NCBI GenBank assembly: GCA_050699875.1
Contig: JBOHFX010000091.1
Coordinates: forward strand, 1,631 to 65,630
Reading direction: 5' to 3'
DNA length: 64,000 nucleotides
Source of the DNA: Pseudonocardiaceae bacterium
Lineage (GTDB): Bacteria > Actinomycetota > Actinomycetes > Mycobacteriales > Pseudonocardiaceae
The position numbers and the translations under genes are program-made. A model generated the notes under the pieces. The model saw only the letters and a list, made by a program, of their open reading frames with translations. It did not search any database and was not told where the DNA came from. Positions 28,249 to 37,648 of the stretch are shown here, piece after piece (positions within the stretch are counted from its first letter, which is position 1; each line of letters begins with the position of its first letter).

Positions 28249-29520
28249 TCAACCGCCGCTCTGGTGGGGGGCGACGTATGCGAGCGCTTCCGGCGCCATG
28301 AACGGCGGCGTCACCTGCCGGAGCCGGCCCGGCACTCCGATATCGGGAACGCCAACGGAGACCTCCCGAGCAGCCGGGGCGCCGGGCTTGGCGAAGTTCA
28401 GGTCAGCGGTCAGCTTCTCGGTGGTGATGGTGGTGACCTGGCGCAGCGCCTCCTGGATCCCGGCGCGACTCATGTTGCCGTTGGTACAGGCGCGTTCGAG
28501 CAATTGGCCCCAGACCTCGCCGATGGCATACCCGTAGGGCACCCCGCTGTTGGGCAGTTCCTGGTAGCCGGCCTGCTGGTAGGCGCCGGCGACGTGCTGC
28601 GCCTTGGGCACGTCGGAAGTGAACGGCACCGAGCTGGCCACCACCGAAAGGTTGCTCACAGCTCTAGCGTCCGGGCCGGTCAGCAGCTTCGGGGTGAGCG
28701 CTGGGCTGTTACCGATCATCGGCACGTTGAGCCCCAGCTGCTGGTTGACCGTTGCAGCCGACGCGGTCTGTTCAGGGGTGGTGCTCAGTGCGATCGCCGT
28801 GACCCGAGGTTCGCCAGTGAACCTGGTCATGATGTTGCGCATGTCCGGCTCGGTGGCGGTCACCTTGACGTCGCGCACCGTCAGATTGTGGCGCTGGGCG
28901 AAGTACTGGGCGCCGCGCAGACCGTTGGCGCCGTAGTCACCGTCGAGCCAGATGTGGCCGATGGTGCCACCAGGCCGGATCCTGTCTTGCTGCATGAGGA
29001 AAGACAGACCATTGATCATCTCGACGTCGTAGGTGGTAGCCGGAATGATCACGTAGGGATTGCTCAGCAGTGCCGAAGAATTCGACAGCGCGATCACCGT
29101 GGTTTCGTTGTCGATCATGCTCTGACTCAGGGCCGCGGTCACCGAAGAGCCGGCGATCTGCATGAAGCCCAGTACCTCCGGCTCCAGTGCGGCGTACTGG
29201 GTCCTCGCGGTGCCGAGGTTGTCCTGATGATCGCGGATCTCCAACTTGACCTTCCGCCCGCAGATTCCGCCCGCGGCGTTGGTTTCGTTGATCCATACCT
29301 GGTGGCCGTGGACGGCCCCGCGGCTGAGGTCGGAGAACGGGCCGGAGTAGTCAGTCAACGTACCGAGCACGATCTCGCCGGGGGTGACGCCGAAGTCGGT
29401 GGTCAGGCTGTCAGGCTTGACGGCGACATGTGCACCCGATCCCGGCTCGGTGGTAGAGCAGCCTGACAGGGCGAGCAGACTCGCCAGTGCCACGGCCGGG
29501 ACAGCGACCGCACGCTGCAT
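28249..29520 (-). CDS. ABC-transporter substrate-binding lipoprotein (LivK/branched-chain amino acid-type)
   Basis: Lipobox 'LLALSGCST' follows 'MQRAVAVPAVALAS'. Type I periplasmic-binding-fold length. Start at 29520. Confidence 0.7.
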   Translation of the reverse strand: MQRAVAVPAVALASLLALSGCSTTEPGSGAHVAVKPDSLTTDFGVTPGEIVLGTLTDYSGPFSDLSRGAVHGHQVWINETNAAGGICGRKVKLEIRDHQDNLGTARTQYAALEPEVLGFMQIAGSSVTAALSQSMIDNETTVIALSNSSALLSNPYVIIPATTYDVEMINGLSFLMQQDRIRPGGTIGHIWLDGDYGANGLRGAQYFAQRHNLTVRDVKVTATEPDMRNIMTRFTGEPRVTAIALSTTPEQTASAATVNQQLGLNVPMIGNSPALTPKLLTGPDARAVSNLSVVASSVPFTSDVPKAQHVAGAYQQAGYQELPNSGVPYGYAIGEVWGQLLERACTNGNMSRAGIQEALRQVTTITTEKLTADLNFAKPGAPAAREVSVGVPDIGVPGRLRQVTPPFMAPEALAYVAPHQSGG

Positions 29521-29605
29521 GCCATCGTCCCTTCGTCGACTCCCGCTGCCACGGGTTCTGTTGTCAATGACAACGCGGCCGGGATTCCTGGGGTGACGGT
29601 CGCGC

Positions 29606-29977
29606 CTAGCTCCGCGTGGGTAGCTGTTGCAGCGACCATGTGTTCCCATCCGGGTCGCTGAAGGTGACGAAGGAGCCCCACGGCTGGACGTCGACGTCGC
29701 TGGCTTGCACGCCGTGCGCGATGAGCGCTTGCCGGGCGGCCTCGACGTCGTCGACGACGACTAGCAGGCCTTGTTGCGATCCTGGCGGCATCTCGGTGAT
29801 GCCGGTGCCCAGCGCGATGGAGCAGGCCGAGCCGGGTGGGGTGAGCTGCACGAAGCGCAGCGTGTCGTTGACCTGGTGGTCGTGGTCGGCGTGGAAGCCG
29901 ATTTGCTCCACATAGAAGGCTTTGGCGCGGTCGACATCGGTGACCGGAACGGGGACCAGCTCGAGCTTCCAATCCAT
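29606..29977 (-). CDS. VOC (glyoxalase/bleomycin-resistance) family protein
   Basis: 123 aa: 'VPVPVTDVDRAKAFYVEQIGF' and 'FSDPDGNTWSLQQ'. Confidence 0.8.
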   Translation of the reverse strand: MDWKLELVPVPVTDVDRAKAFYVEQIGFHADHDHQVNDTLRFVQLTPPGSACSIALGTGITEMPPGSQQGLLVVVDDVEAARQALIAHGVQASDVDVQPWGSFVTFSDPDGNTWSLQQLPTRS

Positions 29978-30330
29978 GATCGTATTCCCATCTTGAAGTG
30001 GATCACAGTGCGATGGTTCAGACCTTAGAAGGGATAGCGGTCAATTCTTGACCGCAGTGCGCCGCCCGTTCATCGTCGTGTACGGCGATCCAGTCCACGG
30101 TCGGGATGCCAGGACTCGCCGGAGAAGTCGGTCCAGGAGGTCATGCGGCGATCGTGCCGGAAGGGTCCGACAATCCGGTCGTGGTGAACGGCAGGGACCC
30201 AGAGCAGGCCCGCTGACCCGCCGTGGGGTGGTCGGCAGTCGGTGAGCGGGCCGCGTCCTAGCTACCGGTGAGTGCGCTGAAAGCGGAAATCACCCGCTGC
30301 GGCGCTGCGGGCGTACCCAGCCTCGACAGC

Positions 30331-30684
30331 ATGAGCATCACTGAGCTGCGCCCCCACCTGTACCGGCTGGTGCTGGGGAGGTATCAGGCCTTTCTGTGGC
30401 ACGAGGACGACTCCGTCACATTCATCGACACAGGCGAGGCCGGCTCAGGGCCGGCGATTGACGCCGGGCTCAGGCAGATCGGTCTGGCCACCAGCGACCT
30501 TGACCGTCTGGTGCTGACCCATTTTCACGTCGACCGAGCCGAGGCAGCGGCATCGTTTTGCCGGCTTGCCGAGCTTGACGTGGAGACCGCGTGCTTCGGC
30601 CACGGGGAACCGCTGATCGACAACGCGGCGACTCGGTTGCAGCAGGTTGCGAGCGCGCTGGCGTCCGATGCCAGCTCAGACTAG
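30331..30684 (+). CDS. MBL-fold protein, abnormally short (internal deletion suspected)
   Basis: 'VTFIDTGEAGSG' and 'LVLTHFHVD' (HxHxD) run directly into the C-terminal 'ACFGHGEPL'. About 100 aa of a normal MBL core are absent. Confidence 0.45.
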   Translation: MSITELRPHLYRLVLGRYQAFLWHEDDSVTFIDTGEAGSGPAIDAGLRQIGLATSDLDRLVLTHFHVDRAEAAASFCRLAELDVETACFGHGEPLIDNAATRLQQVASALASDASSD

Positions 30685-30849
30685 GCGCTGAACCAGAGGC
30701 AAGCCGGAACATGGCCACCACTGATCACCATCTGTGTGCCCGGGACGACACACCATGTCGTTCCCGTCACACAGGCCGCGATCAAGGGGAGGACCGTGCA
30801 GGGACGTTAGCCTGGCATCCGTGGTCTTATGTGTGGACAAGCGTTGACG

Positions 30850-31455
30850 ATGGCCGAGGAACTGCCGGAATTGACTCTCGCCGATGCCGCCGCATGGCGG
30901 GCGTGGCTGTCGGAACATCACAGCAGCCCCACCGGCGTGTGGTTGGTACTCGCCAGGAAGCGGACCACGCAACCGACCAGCCTCAGCTACGACCAGGCGC
31001 TGGATGAAGCGCTGTGCCACGGCTGGATCGACGGTCGAGCACAACGCCGCGACGAGACCACCTACTGGCAGCGCTTCACCCCCCGGCGGGCACGCAGCCC
31101 GTGGTCGGCGCGCAACGTCGGCATCATCAGCCGACTGGAGGCCGAGGGCCGGATGCACCCGGCGGGAGTAGCCGAAGTCAAGCGTGCCCAAGCCGGCGGA
31201 CGCTGGGAAGCGGCCTACGCCGGGCCGGCCGACATCGAGCTGCCGGCTGACCTCGCCGCCGCGTTGACCGAGCTACCCAGGGCAAGGGCGATGTTTGACA
31301 TTCTCACCAGCCAGAATCGCTATGCCGTGCTCTACCGGATCGAAAGCGCCAAACGCCCCGAAACTCGAGCCCGCCGCATTGAGCAGTTCGTCGCCATGCT
31401 CGCGCGCGGCGAAACGATCTATCCGCAGAAGCGCCAACTTGACAACGACGACTGA
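30850..31455 (+). CDS. YdeI/OmpD-associated family protein
   Basis: 'AAWRAWLSEHHSSPTGVWLVLARK', 'ALCHGWIDG', 'QNRYAVLYRIESAKRPETRARRIEQFVAML'. Confidence 0.7.
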   Translation: MAEELPELTLADAAAWRAWLSEHHSSPTGVWLVLARKRTTQPTSLSYDQALDEALCHGWIDGRAQRRDETTYWQRFTPRRARSPWSARNVGIISRLEAEGRMHPAGVAEVKRAQAGGRWEAAYAGPADIELPADLAAALTELPRARAMFDILTSQNRYAVLYRIESAKRPETRARRIEQFVAMLARGETIYPQKRQLDNDD

Positions 31456-31479
31456 TTTGGCAGATAGGGGGCTGTGCCG

Positions 31480-31659
31480 TCAGTGCGAGTGTTCGTGCTC
31501 CTCTTCGAGGCTTTTCTCGTGAATATGTGGGTGTGCGTGGGTCTGCCCGTTGTGGCCGTGTTCGTGCTCGTGCTCGACGTGCTCATGGTCGTGCAAGACA
31601 TGCGCATGCGTATGCGTCAGTTCGTCGTGAGAGTGCTCGTGAGTGTGCGGTGCGGTCAT
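31480..31659 (-). CDS. Small histidine-rich protein (59 aa, 21 His), putative metal-binding
   Basis: 'MTAPHTHEHSHDELTHTHAHVLHDHEHVEHEHEHGHNGQTHAHPHIHEKSLEEEHEHSH'. GGAGG lies 5 nt upstream of the ATG at 31659. AT-rich upstream region. Confidence 0.6.
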   Translation of the reverse strand: MTAPHTHEHSHDELTHTHAHVLHDHEHVEHEHEHGHNGQTHAHPHIHEKSLEEEHEHSH

Positions 31660-31911
31660 CAGTCCTCCGTTCACAGGACGTCTATTCGGTGTTGCCGCTT
31701 AATCCCTCTGTCCTCTCGATGTTACACGCGCCCGACCGGCGGCTGGCAAGCATTTCCGAAAACAGAATTAAATGCGCCTTTCTTGCAACTGGCTAAACGA
31801 CGTAGGTGCATGTTCATTCCACTGTCCGACAGGTCCGATGGGTGGTTTTAGCGGCCAGGACAGGCACAGGTCGAGTACCACTTCCGCGCATAGTCTACTC
31901 AGCGAACTGGG

Positions 31912-32505
31912 TTGACCCCGTGGGAAGATGCGGCGGTGATCGCCGGACTACTGCTGGCTGCCGGGGCCGGACGGCGCTACGGCATGCCCAAGGCCTTGGT
32001 CGGCGGCGGCGCCTGGCTGCGCCGGGCGGTGGCCACCCTGACCGACGGTGGATGCGACCCAGTGCTGGTCGTGGTTGGTGCGCAGGCCGACCGGGTCGTC
32101 CCGCTGGTACCGGAGACGGCCGGCACCGTGTTGGCGGCGGACTGGGCGGAGGGCATGGGCGCATCGCTACGTGCCGGTCTGGCCGAGCTGATCGGCAGCG
32201 CGCCGCCGCAGGTGCAGGCCGTGCTGGTGCATCTGGTCGATCTGCCCGACGTGGACGCCTCGGTGGTCCACCGGCTCGTCGCGCTGGCAGGGCCCGCCGT
32301 GGTCGCCCGGGCAGGGTTCGAAAGCCAGCCGGGCCATCCGGTGCTGTTCGGACGGCAGCACTGGGCTGACATCGTCGCGTCGGCGCGCGGTGATCGGGGA
32401 GCCCGCGATTGGCTGGCGCAACGGTCTGACGTGACCGTGGTGGACTGCTCCGACCTGGCCAGCGGGATCGACGTGGATCGCCCCGACCAGCGTCTGGCGG
32501 AATAG
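31912..32505 (+). CDS. MobA/MocA-like nucleotidyltransferase (molybdenum cofactor nucleotidylyl-transferase family)
   Basis: 'GLLLAAGAGRRYGMPKAL' (LAAGxGxRxG) and 'LVHLVDLPDV'. Adjacent to xdhC. Confidence 0.7.
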   Translation: MTPWEDAAVIAGLLLAAGAGRRYGMPKALVGGGAWLRRAVATLTDGGCDPVLVVVGAQADRVVPLVPETAGTVLAADWAEGMGASLRAGLAELIGSAPPQVQAVLVHLVDLPDVDASVVHRLVALAGPAVVARAGFESQPGHPVLFGRQHWADIVASARGDRGARDWLAQRSDVTVVDCSDLASGIDVDRPDQRLAE

Positions 32506-32626
32506 CTGCCGCGGCTGCGGCGTCCTGTAGATCAGTCGTTTTGGGTGAACCTGCATGCTGTCTGGGCCGAATACCCTCTAATAGGGGTCCAGCCTGTACC
32601 CGAAGCTCTGTGCGAGGAGGTCTGCG

Positions 32627-33781
32627 GTGCGTGAGGTGCTCGACGAACTGGTGGCGCAGTGGCGCGAGGGCAAGTCCACCGCGGTGGGCACGGTGGTATC
32701 CACCTACCGCTCGGCACCTCGACCGGCCGGAGCCTCGATGCTGGTGACATCACAGGAGCAGGTGGTCGGCAGCGTCTCGGGTGGCTGCGTCGAGGGGGCG
32801 GTCTTCGAGCTGGGCCAGCAGGTGCTCGCCGACGATACCCCTGTCCTGCAGCGCTACGGGGTCTCCGATGACGATGCCTTCACCGTGGGCCTGACCTGTG
32901 GCGGCATCATCGATGTGTTCGTCGAGAAGGTGGACCCGGTCAGCTTTCCCGAGCTCGACGAGGTGGCTGCCTCGGTGGCCACGAAGGAACCGGTCGCCGT
33001 GGTCACCGTGGTCGCGCACCCCGACGCCGAGCGGGTCGGGGCCCGGATGGTGGTCTGGCCGGATCGGCACACTGGCACGACGGGCTCGTCACGCGCCGAC
33101 GAGGCGATCCTGGAGGACGTCCGCGGTGCGCTTGCCGCCGGCCACGTGGTCACCCTGCATTACGGCCCCGAGGGGCAGCGCCGTGGCGAGGGCATGGACG
33201 TGTTCGTGAACTCCATGCAGCCGGCGCCTCGCATGCTGGTCTTCGGCGCGATCGACTTCGCTGCCGCGATGGCCCGGATGGGGGTGTTCCTCGGCTACCA
33301 CGTCACGGTGTGCGACGCGCGACCGGTGTTCGCCACCAAGAGCCGCTTCCCCGACGCGCACGAGGTCGTCGTGAACTGGCCGCACCGGTATCTCAAGGCA
33401 GAGGCCGAAGCTGGGCGGATCGACCCACGGACCGTGATCACCGTGCTGACCCACGACCCGAAATTCGACGTCCCGGTCATCGTCGAGGCACTGAAGCTGG
33501 ACCTCGCCTATCTCGGCGCGATGGGCTCGCGCCGAACCCACAAAGACCGCACGGCGCGGCTGCGGGAGGCGGGCGTGACCGAAGAGGAGCTGACCAAGAT
33601 CGCCTCGCCGATCGGGCTGGACCTGGGCGCCCGCACCCCCGAGGAGACCGCGGTCTCCATCGCCGCAGAGGTGATATCGCTGCGCTGGGGCGGCGGCGCC
33701 ACCCAGACCCGCCTAGCCGACGCCGAAGGCCCCATCCACGGCGCCAACCCCATCGCCGAACCCGAGCCCGTCAAGGCCTGA
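32627..33781 (+). CDS. XdhC/CoxI-family molybdoenzyme maturation factor
   Basis: 'AVGTVVSTYRSAPRPAGASMLV...GSVSGGCVEGAV' and the Rossmann-like 'RMLVFGAIDFAAAMARMGVFLGYHVTVCDARP'. Confidence 0.8.
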   Translation: MREVLDELVAQWREGKSTAVGTVVSTYRSAPRPAGASMLVTSQEQVVGSVSGGCVEGAVFELGQQVLADDTPVLQRYGVSDDDAFTVGLTCGGIIDVFVEKVDPVSFPELDEVAASVATKEPVAVVTVVAHPDAERVGARMVVWPDRHTGTTGSSRADEAILEDVRGALAAGHVVTLHYGPEGQRRGEGMDVFVNSMQPAPRMLVFGAIDFAAAMARMGVFLGYHVTVCDARPVFATKSRFPDAHEVVVNWPHRYLKAEAEAGRIDPRTVITVLTHDPKFDVPVIVEALKLDLAYLGAMGSRRTHKDRTARLREAGVTEEELTKIASPIGLDLGARTPEETAVSIAAEVISLRWGGGATQTRLADAEGPIHGANPIAEPEPVKA

Positions 33782-33842
33782 TTCCGCTGCATCGATCTTG
33801 AGGTTGTGGTCAGCTCAAGCGGCCAAGGCAAACTTCACGATC

Positions 33843-34141
33843 GTGTCAGCGGGAGGGGAACCGGTGGAGCGGCAGCTGGTGGGGTCGGGCTCGCCGTTTG
33901 AGGCGGCGATCGGGTTCTCCCGGGCTGTTCGGGTAGGGGAGCGGGTGCTGGTGTCGGGGACCGCGCCGGTGTGGGGCGACGGGAGCTGCCCGCATGACGT
34001 GACCGCTCAAGCTCGGCGCTGCTTCGAGATCATCGCTGATGCGCTGGCCGAGGCCGGGTCCGATCTGACCGACGTCGTGCGTGTCTCGCCTAGGTACGCC
34101 TCGCCACGACGACCTCGCGCCCATGTCGCCCAAGCACGTCG
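33843..34141 (+). pseudogene. RidA/YjgF-family gene truncated at its 3' end by the vapBC module
   Basis: 'GSGSPFEAAIGFSRAVRVGERVLVSGTAP...QARRCFEIIADALAEAGSDLTDVVRV' is the N-terminal two thirds of a RidA fold. The frame then degenerates and runs into the antisense of vapC, whose stop is at 34142. Confidence 0.4.
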
Positions 34142-34537
34142 TCAGGTCACATCGACATCGACCAGCCGCAGCCCGTGGACCCTGTCGAAGTGTTTGCGGT
34201 TCCTCGTCGCCAGCGGCAGGTTGTGCCGTAGGCAGATGCCCGCCTGGAGGCAGTCGGCGAAGCCGATGGCCGAGCCGGCCTTGCTCAGCACCGCGGCGAT
34301 CTCGCCAGCCTGGAGAGCGGACGCGAGGTCTAGTGCCACGGTCCGAGACCGGAACAGCCGCAAGATCTGTTCTCGCCGGTCCAGGAAGTCGGTGCCGACC
34401 CGTAGCTCGAAACCGGTGACCGCGGTCAGGCGAAGCCGACGCTCGACGAGAAGCTCGCGGGTCAGCCGGGCGCCCGGTCCACGGCCCCGGAGGAAGTCGA
34501 TGATCAGATCGGTGTCGGCTACTACGAGGCTCGCCAC
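34142..34537 (-). CDS. vapC: PIN-domain toxin VapC
   Basis: 'LVVADTDLIIDFL', 'AVTGFEL' and 'FADCLQAGICLRHNLPLATRNRKHF' supply the acidic PIN residues. It overlaps the antitoxin gene. Confidence 0.8.
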   Translation of the reverse strand: MASLVVADTDLIIDFLRGRGPGARLTRELLVERRLRLTAVTGFELRVGTDFLDRREQILRLFRSRTVALDLASALQAGEIAAVLSKAGSAIGFADCLQAGICLRHNLPLATRNRKHFDRVHGLRLVDVDVT

Positions 34538-34761
34538 GTCGCCCTCGCCGCGCCCATCCGTGCCCGCAGTTCCGCCTCTTCCAGCTCGCCGAGCGTTCCT
34601 TCGAGGTCGAGCAGCACGTCGATCTCGTCGTCGTTAAGATCACGCAGGTAGGACTCGAGCGCCTCCTGCACGAGCTGGGAGAAGCCACGTAGGCCGCGCC
34701 GCTGCGCCAGCGCACTGAGAGTGCGATGCTGCTCGTCGCTGATCTCTACCGTGGTCCGCAT
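34522..34761 (-). CDS. vapB: Ribbon-helix-helix antitoxin VapB
   Basis: 79 aa: 'MRTTVEISDEQHRTLSALAQRRGLRGFSQLVQEALESYL'. Immediately upstream of vapC. Confidence 0.7.
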   Translation of the reverse strand: MRTTVEISDEQHRTLSALAQRRGLRGFSQLVQEALESYLRDLNDDEIDVLLDLEGTLGELEEAELRARMGAARATWRAS

Positions 34762-34898
34762 GCATGCATGTTAGCACGTGCGGTACTTCCCCGACCGATC
34801 TGATGCCGAGCCGCCGTCACCCCTGTTATCGATAACCAGGGATCGGTGCTCACTGGTTACGCCCGTCTCGCCAGGATATGCCCAGCTCAACCGGCAGC

Positions 34899-35160
34899 TC
34901 ACCGTTCGAGGCTGCCACGGCGCTGCGCCGCCACCAGGCGGGAGAAGCTTCCGCCGGCCCGGACCGGTTCGTCGGCGACCGATCTCGGCGACGCGCCCAT
35001 TGTCGACGGTGACGATGGGGTCGGCGCTAGCGGATGGTGGACAGCCGGTGGGCGATGAGCAGGGTGGTTCGCCCGCGACGGACCTCGGCCATCGCGGCGT
35101 GCAGTGCACCCGGTGGCCGCCAGGGCAGGATGGCAACCCCGGCAGCGGCACATGCGGCGG
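34899..35160 (-). pseudogene. Remnant of an ABC-exporter ATPase C-terminus (at least 2 frameshifts)
   Basis: Three frames together read 'GALHAAMAEVRRGRTTLLIAHRLSTIR*', 'SADPIVTVDNGRVAEIG' and 'DEPVRAGGSFSRLVAAQ'. This is the H-loop region and C-terminus of an ABC ATPase. No Walker A/B region lies upstream. Confidence 0.5.
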
Positions 35161-35244
35161 GCACGGCTTCGCGCAATCGACCGTAACGGTGCTGCAAGCT
35201 AAACACCGGCGGATACGTAGCGCTGATTGCCTGGGACCGATGTG

Positions 35245-36290
35245 GTCAGCGCCAGGCGCGGCGACGCAGCAGGCGCAGGCCGTTCTCGTCGCGGACCAGC
35301 ACGGCGTCGGCGGTCTGCAGTGCGAGGTCGGAGCCGACTCCACCCATCGCCACCCGAGCTCGGCGGTGGCCAGCGACGGTGCGTCGTTGACGCCGTCGCC
35401 GATGACCAGGACGCGGTTGCCGTCGGTCTGGAGCTGGGCGACTACCCCTACCTTATCTGCGGGCAGCAGCCCGGCCCGCACATCGGTGATGCCGACTTCG
35501 GCAGCGACCCGGCGGGCGGCGGCTGGGTTGTCGCCGGTGAGCAGGATCGGCCGCTTTCCGGTGAGCGTGACCAACCTAGCCACCGCCGCTGCCGCGCCGG
35601 GGCGTGTCCGGTCGGCCAGCCCGAGCACTCCTGGGGCGACCCCATCTATGGTGACGACCACGGCCGTGCAGCCTTCGGTCTGCAGCTCCCGCACGATCTC
35701 CGTGGCAACTGGCTCTATATCGCCATAGTCGGGTCTGGTGACCGCGACGCGGCGTTGGCCGACCATGGCCCGTCACGCCACGACCCGGCTCGGCTCGGAA
35801 GTCGTGGGCGGTGGCTACAGCGATTCCGGCTTCCGCTGCATGCGTGACCATCGCCCGGGCTAGCGGGTGCTCGCTGGGCGTCTCGGCGGCCGCGGCGAGC
35901 GCGAGCAGCGTGTCGGCGTCCTGGTCGGGCAGGGGCGGATGGCGACCAGGCGCGGGGCGCCCTCCGTCAGGGTGCCGGTCTTACCCAGGACCGCGAGGGT
36001 GGCGGTGCCCAGCCGCGTCGGCGCCAGCGCCGCCCCGAACGCCAGCGGCAAGGCGAACAAGGCAAGGGTCGCCACGACCACGCCAACCGAGTAGCGCTGC
36101 TCGACCCGTTCGATGAACAGGCTTCACCGGGCTCTACAGCAATAGGCAGGGATTCACCGGTGACGCTGGCCTGGTCGATCTCGCTGCGCCCGGCGATCAC
36201 GCGGCCGTCCGCGCCGATCAGCTCCCCGGGCGCACGGTGATGACATCGCCCACCGCGAGGTCGGCGACCGGCACTGGCTCCTCGGTGCAC
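35245..36290 (-). pseudogene. Decayed heavy-metal P-type ATPase (multiple frameshifts and internal deletions; N-terminus missing)
   Basis: Fragments in different frames include 'VADLAVGDVITV', 'PGELIGADGRVIAGRSEIDQASVTGESLPIAVEPGE' and 'LGKTGTLTEG' (a degenerate DKTGT). Others are 'HAAEAGIAVATAHDFRAEPGRGV', 'LLTGDNPAAARRVAAEVGI', 'VIGDGVNDAPSLATAE' and 'AMGGVGSDLALQTADAVLVRDE'. Confidence 0.6.
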
Positions 36291-36399
36291 CGGCGCAGGG
36301 AAGGCACCTTCATCTACTACGACGTCGCCGCCGACGAACACCTGCGCCCGCTACTCACCGACGCCCTCTTTGGTCGTGAGGCACACGCCTCGGACTGAG
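36262..36399 (+). pseudogene. C-terminal fragment of an ArsR/SmtB-type metalloregulator
   Basis: My own translation gives 'VHRRREGTFIYYDVAADEHLRPLLTDALFGREAHASD*', which resembles the wing and C-terminal helix of ArsR repressors. No N-terminal part is present. Confidence 0.3.
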
Positions 36400-36841
36400 T
36401 CAGTGGTCATCGACGGTCGTTCTAGACACCCGCCCGGAGCGGCTCCTCACGATGAGCTCGGTTTGCGGCGAAGAGTCCCTTCATCCTGGAATCCCCGCTC
36501 GCGATCAATGGCCTCGAGGCGATGGCCAAGCGACTCGCCGCATCGCCGTGATCTCTGCACAGGACAGCAGGCAGGGGTGAGACAGTTCGCCGTCACAAGC
36601 CACCCTGGGACTTGCACCGCAGCACATGGGTGGTCCGGATACCGTTATGAGGCCGCACGCCGTGCAGGCATCGGTAGTTGTCAAGGACTAGGACCTCACC
36701 TGAGCCGTTCGGGAACGAAGTCCACGCCTTCGACGATCGGCTGTAACTCGGGCCTTATGGCGCCGTTCCGGCGCCCGATCTCGGTAGCCTGTCCCATTCG
36801 AAGCTTCCCTGTCGTTGGCGTAGCCCCATCGGTCAACCCGG

Positions 36842-37648
36842 CTAAAGCGGACTGGCCCGCGCAATCAAGATATGGTCGGTGCCCGACTGCCAGACTGGGC
36901 CGATCGAGGTGAAGCCCGCCGCGCGCAGCATCGCAACGTGCTCGTCCACGGACAGGCGATTTCCGTAGCCGTGGCGCAGCCCCCGCTGTACCCGCCGCGC
37001 CTGTAGTTCGGCCAAGGCGGGTTCGGCGGTGACCTCATCCCACCAGGTGCTCCAGTCCTCGTTCTCGGTCACCCCGGTCCGCTCGGCGCGGCCTTTCTCG
37101 GCGGCCTCCGCGAGCTCGCAGAGGGACTGGTCGGCGAGCTTGAGATGATCGCCGTTGACGAGGATGCCACCGGGACGCAACAGCGCGGCTATGTCGACAT
37201 AGAGCCTGGCCAGGTGCTCGGGTGGCACCCAGTGCAGGGCGGTGGTGGAGACCGCGGCGTCGATCATCTGGACCGGGCTTAGGGCCTGCGTCCAGCCGGC
37301 TGCGGTGATGTCGGCATCGATGAAGTGGACCCGGTGGCCGTAGCGGGTCCGCCCCAGTGCCAGCAACAGCGGATCAATGTCCACGCCCAGCAGCACGGCG
37401 TGCGGCAAGCGGTGGGCGAGCCGGCCGGCCAGCGACCCTGGTCCGCAGCCGATGTCGAGCACGACTGGCGCCGCCGCGTCATCGACCACGTGGGCAACGA
37501 CGTCGCCGATCACCGCGAAGCGCTCCTCGCGGTCTGCGATGTAGCGCATTTGCTGAGCGTCCCATCGCGCAATCCAGGTGGCGGCCACTTCCTGTGCGAC
37601 GTCCGCCGCGAAGTCGGCACCGGCCCCGCTGGCCGCCTTGGCGGTCAT
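36842..37648 (-). CDS. Class I SAM-dependent methyltransferase
   Basis: 'VVLDIGCGPGSLAGRL' (motif I), 'LLGVDIDP', 'LLRPGGILV'. AAGGAG lies 6 nt upstream of the ATG at 37648. Confidence 0.8.
   Translation of the reverse strand: MTAKAASGAGADFAADVAQEVAATWIARWDAQQMRYIADREERFAVIGDVVAHVVDDAAAPVVLDIGCGPGSLAGRLAHRLPHAVLLGVDIDPLLLALGRTRYGHRVHFIDADITAAGWTQALSPVQMIDAAVSTTALHWVPPEHLARLYVDIAALLRPGGILVNGDHLKLADQSLCELAEAAEKGRAERTGVTENEDWSTWWDEVTAEPALAELQARRVQRGLRHGYGNRLSVDEHVAMLRAAGFTSIGPVWQSGTDHILIARASPL

Noticed and set aside
31675-31911. Zur/Nur-type box upstream of the histidine-rich gene.
   Set aside because: The best candidate (CCGAAAACAGAATTAAA within GCATTT-N14-AAATGC) matches only about half of the TGAAAATGATTTTCA-type consensus that I remember. 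It is not good enough to call.
36370-36912. 180-aa plus-strand ORF between the ArsR fragment and the methyltransferase.
   Set aside because: The composition is not protein-like. The opposite strand carries a dioxygenase-like C-terminal remnant ('VLDNYRCLHG'), and the ORF's 3' end overlaps the methyltransferase gene (36842-37648) on the opposite strand. It is more likely decayed non-coding DNA.
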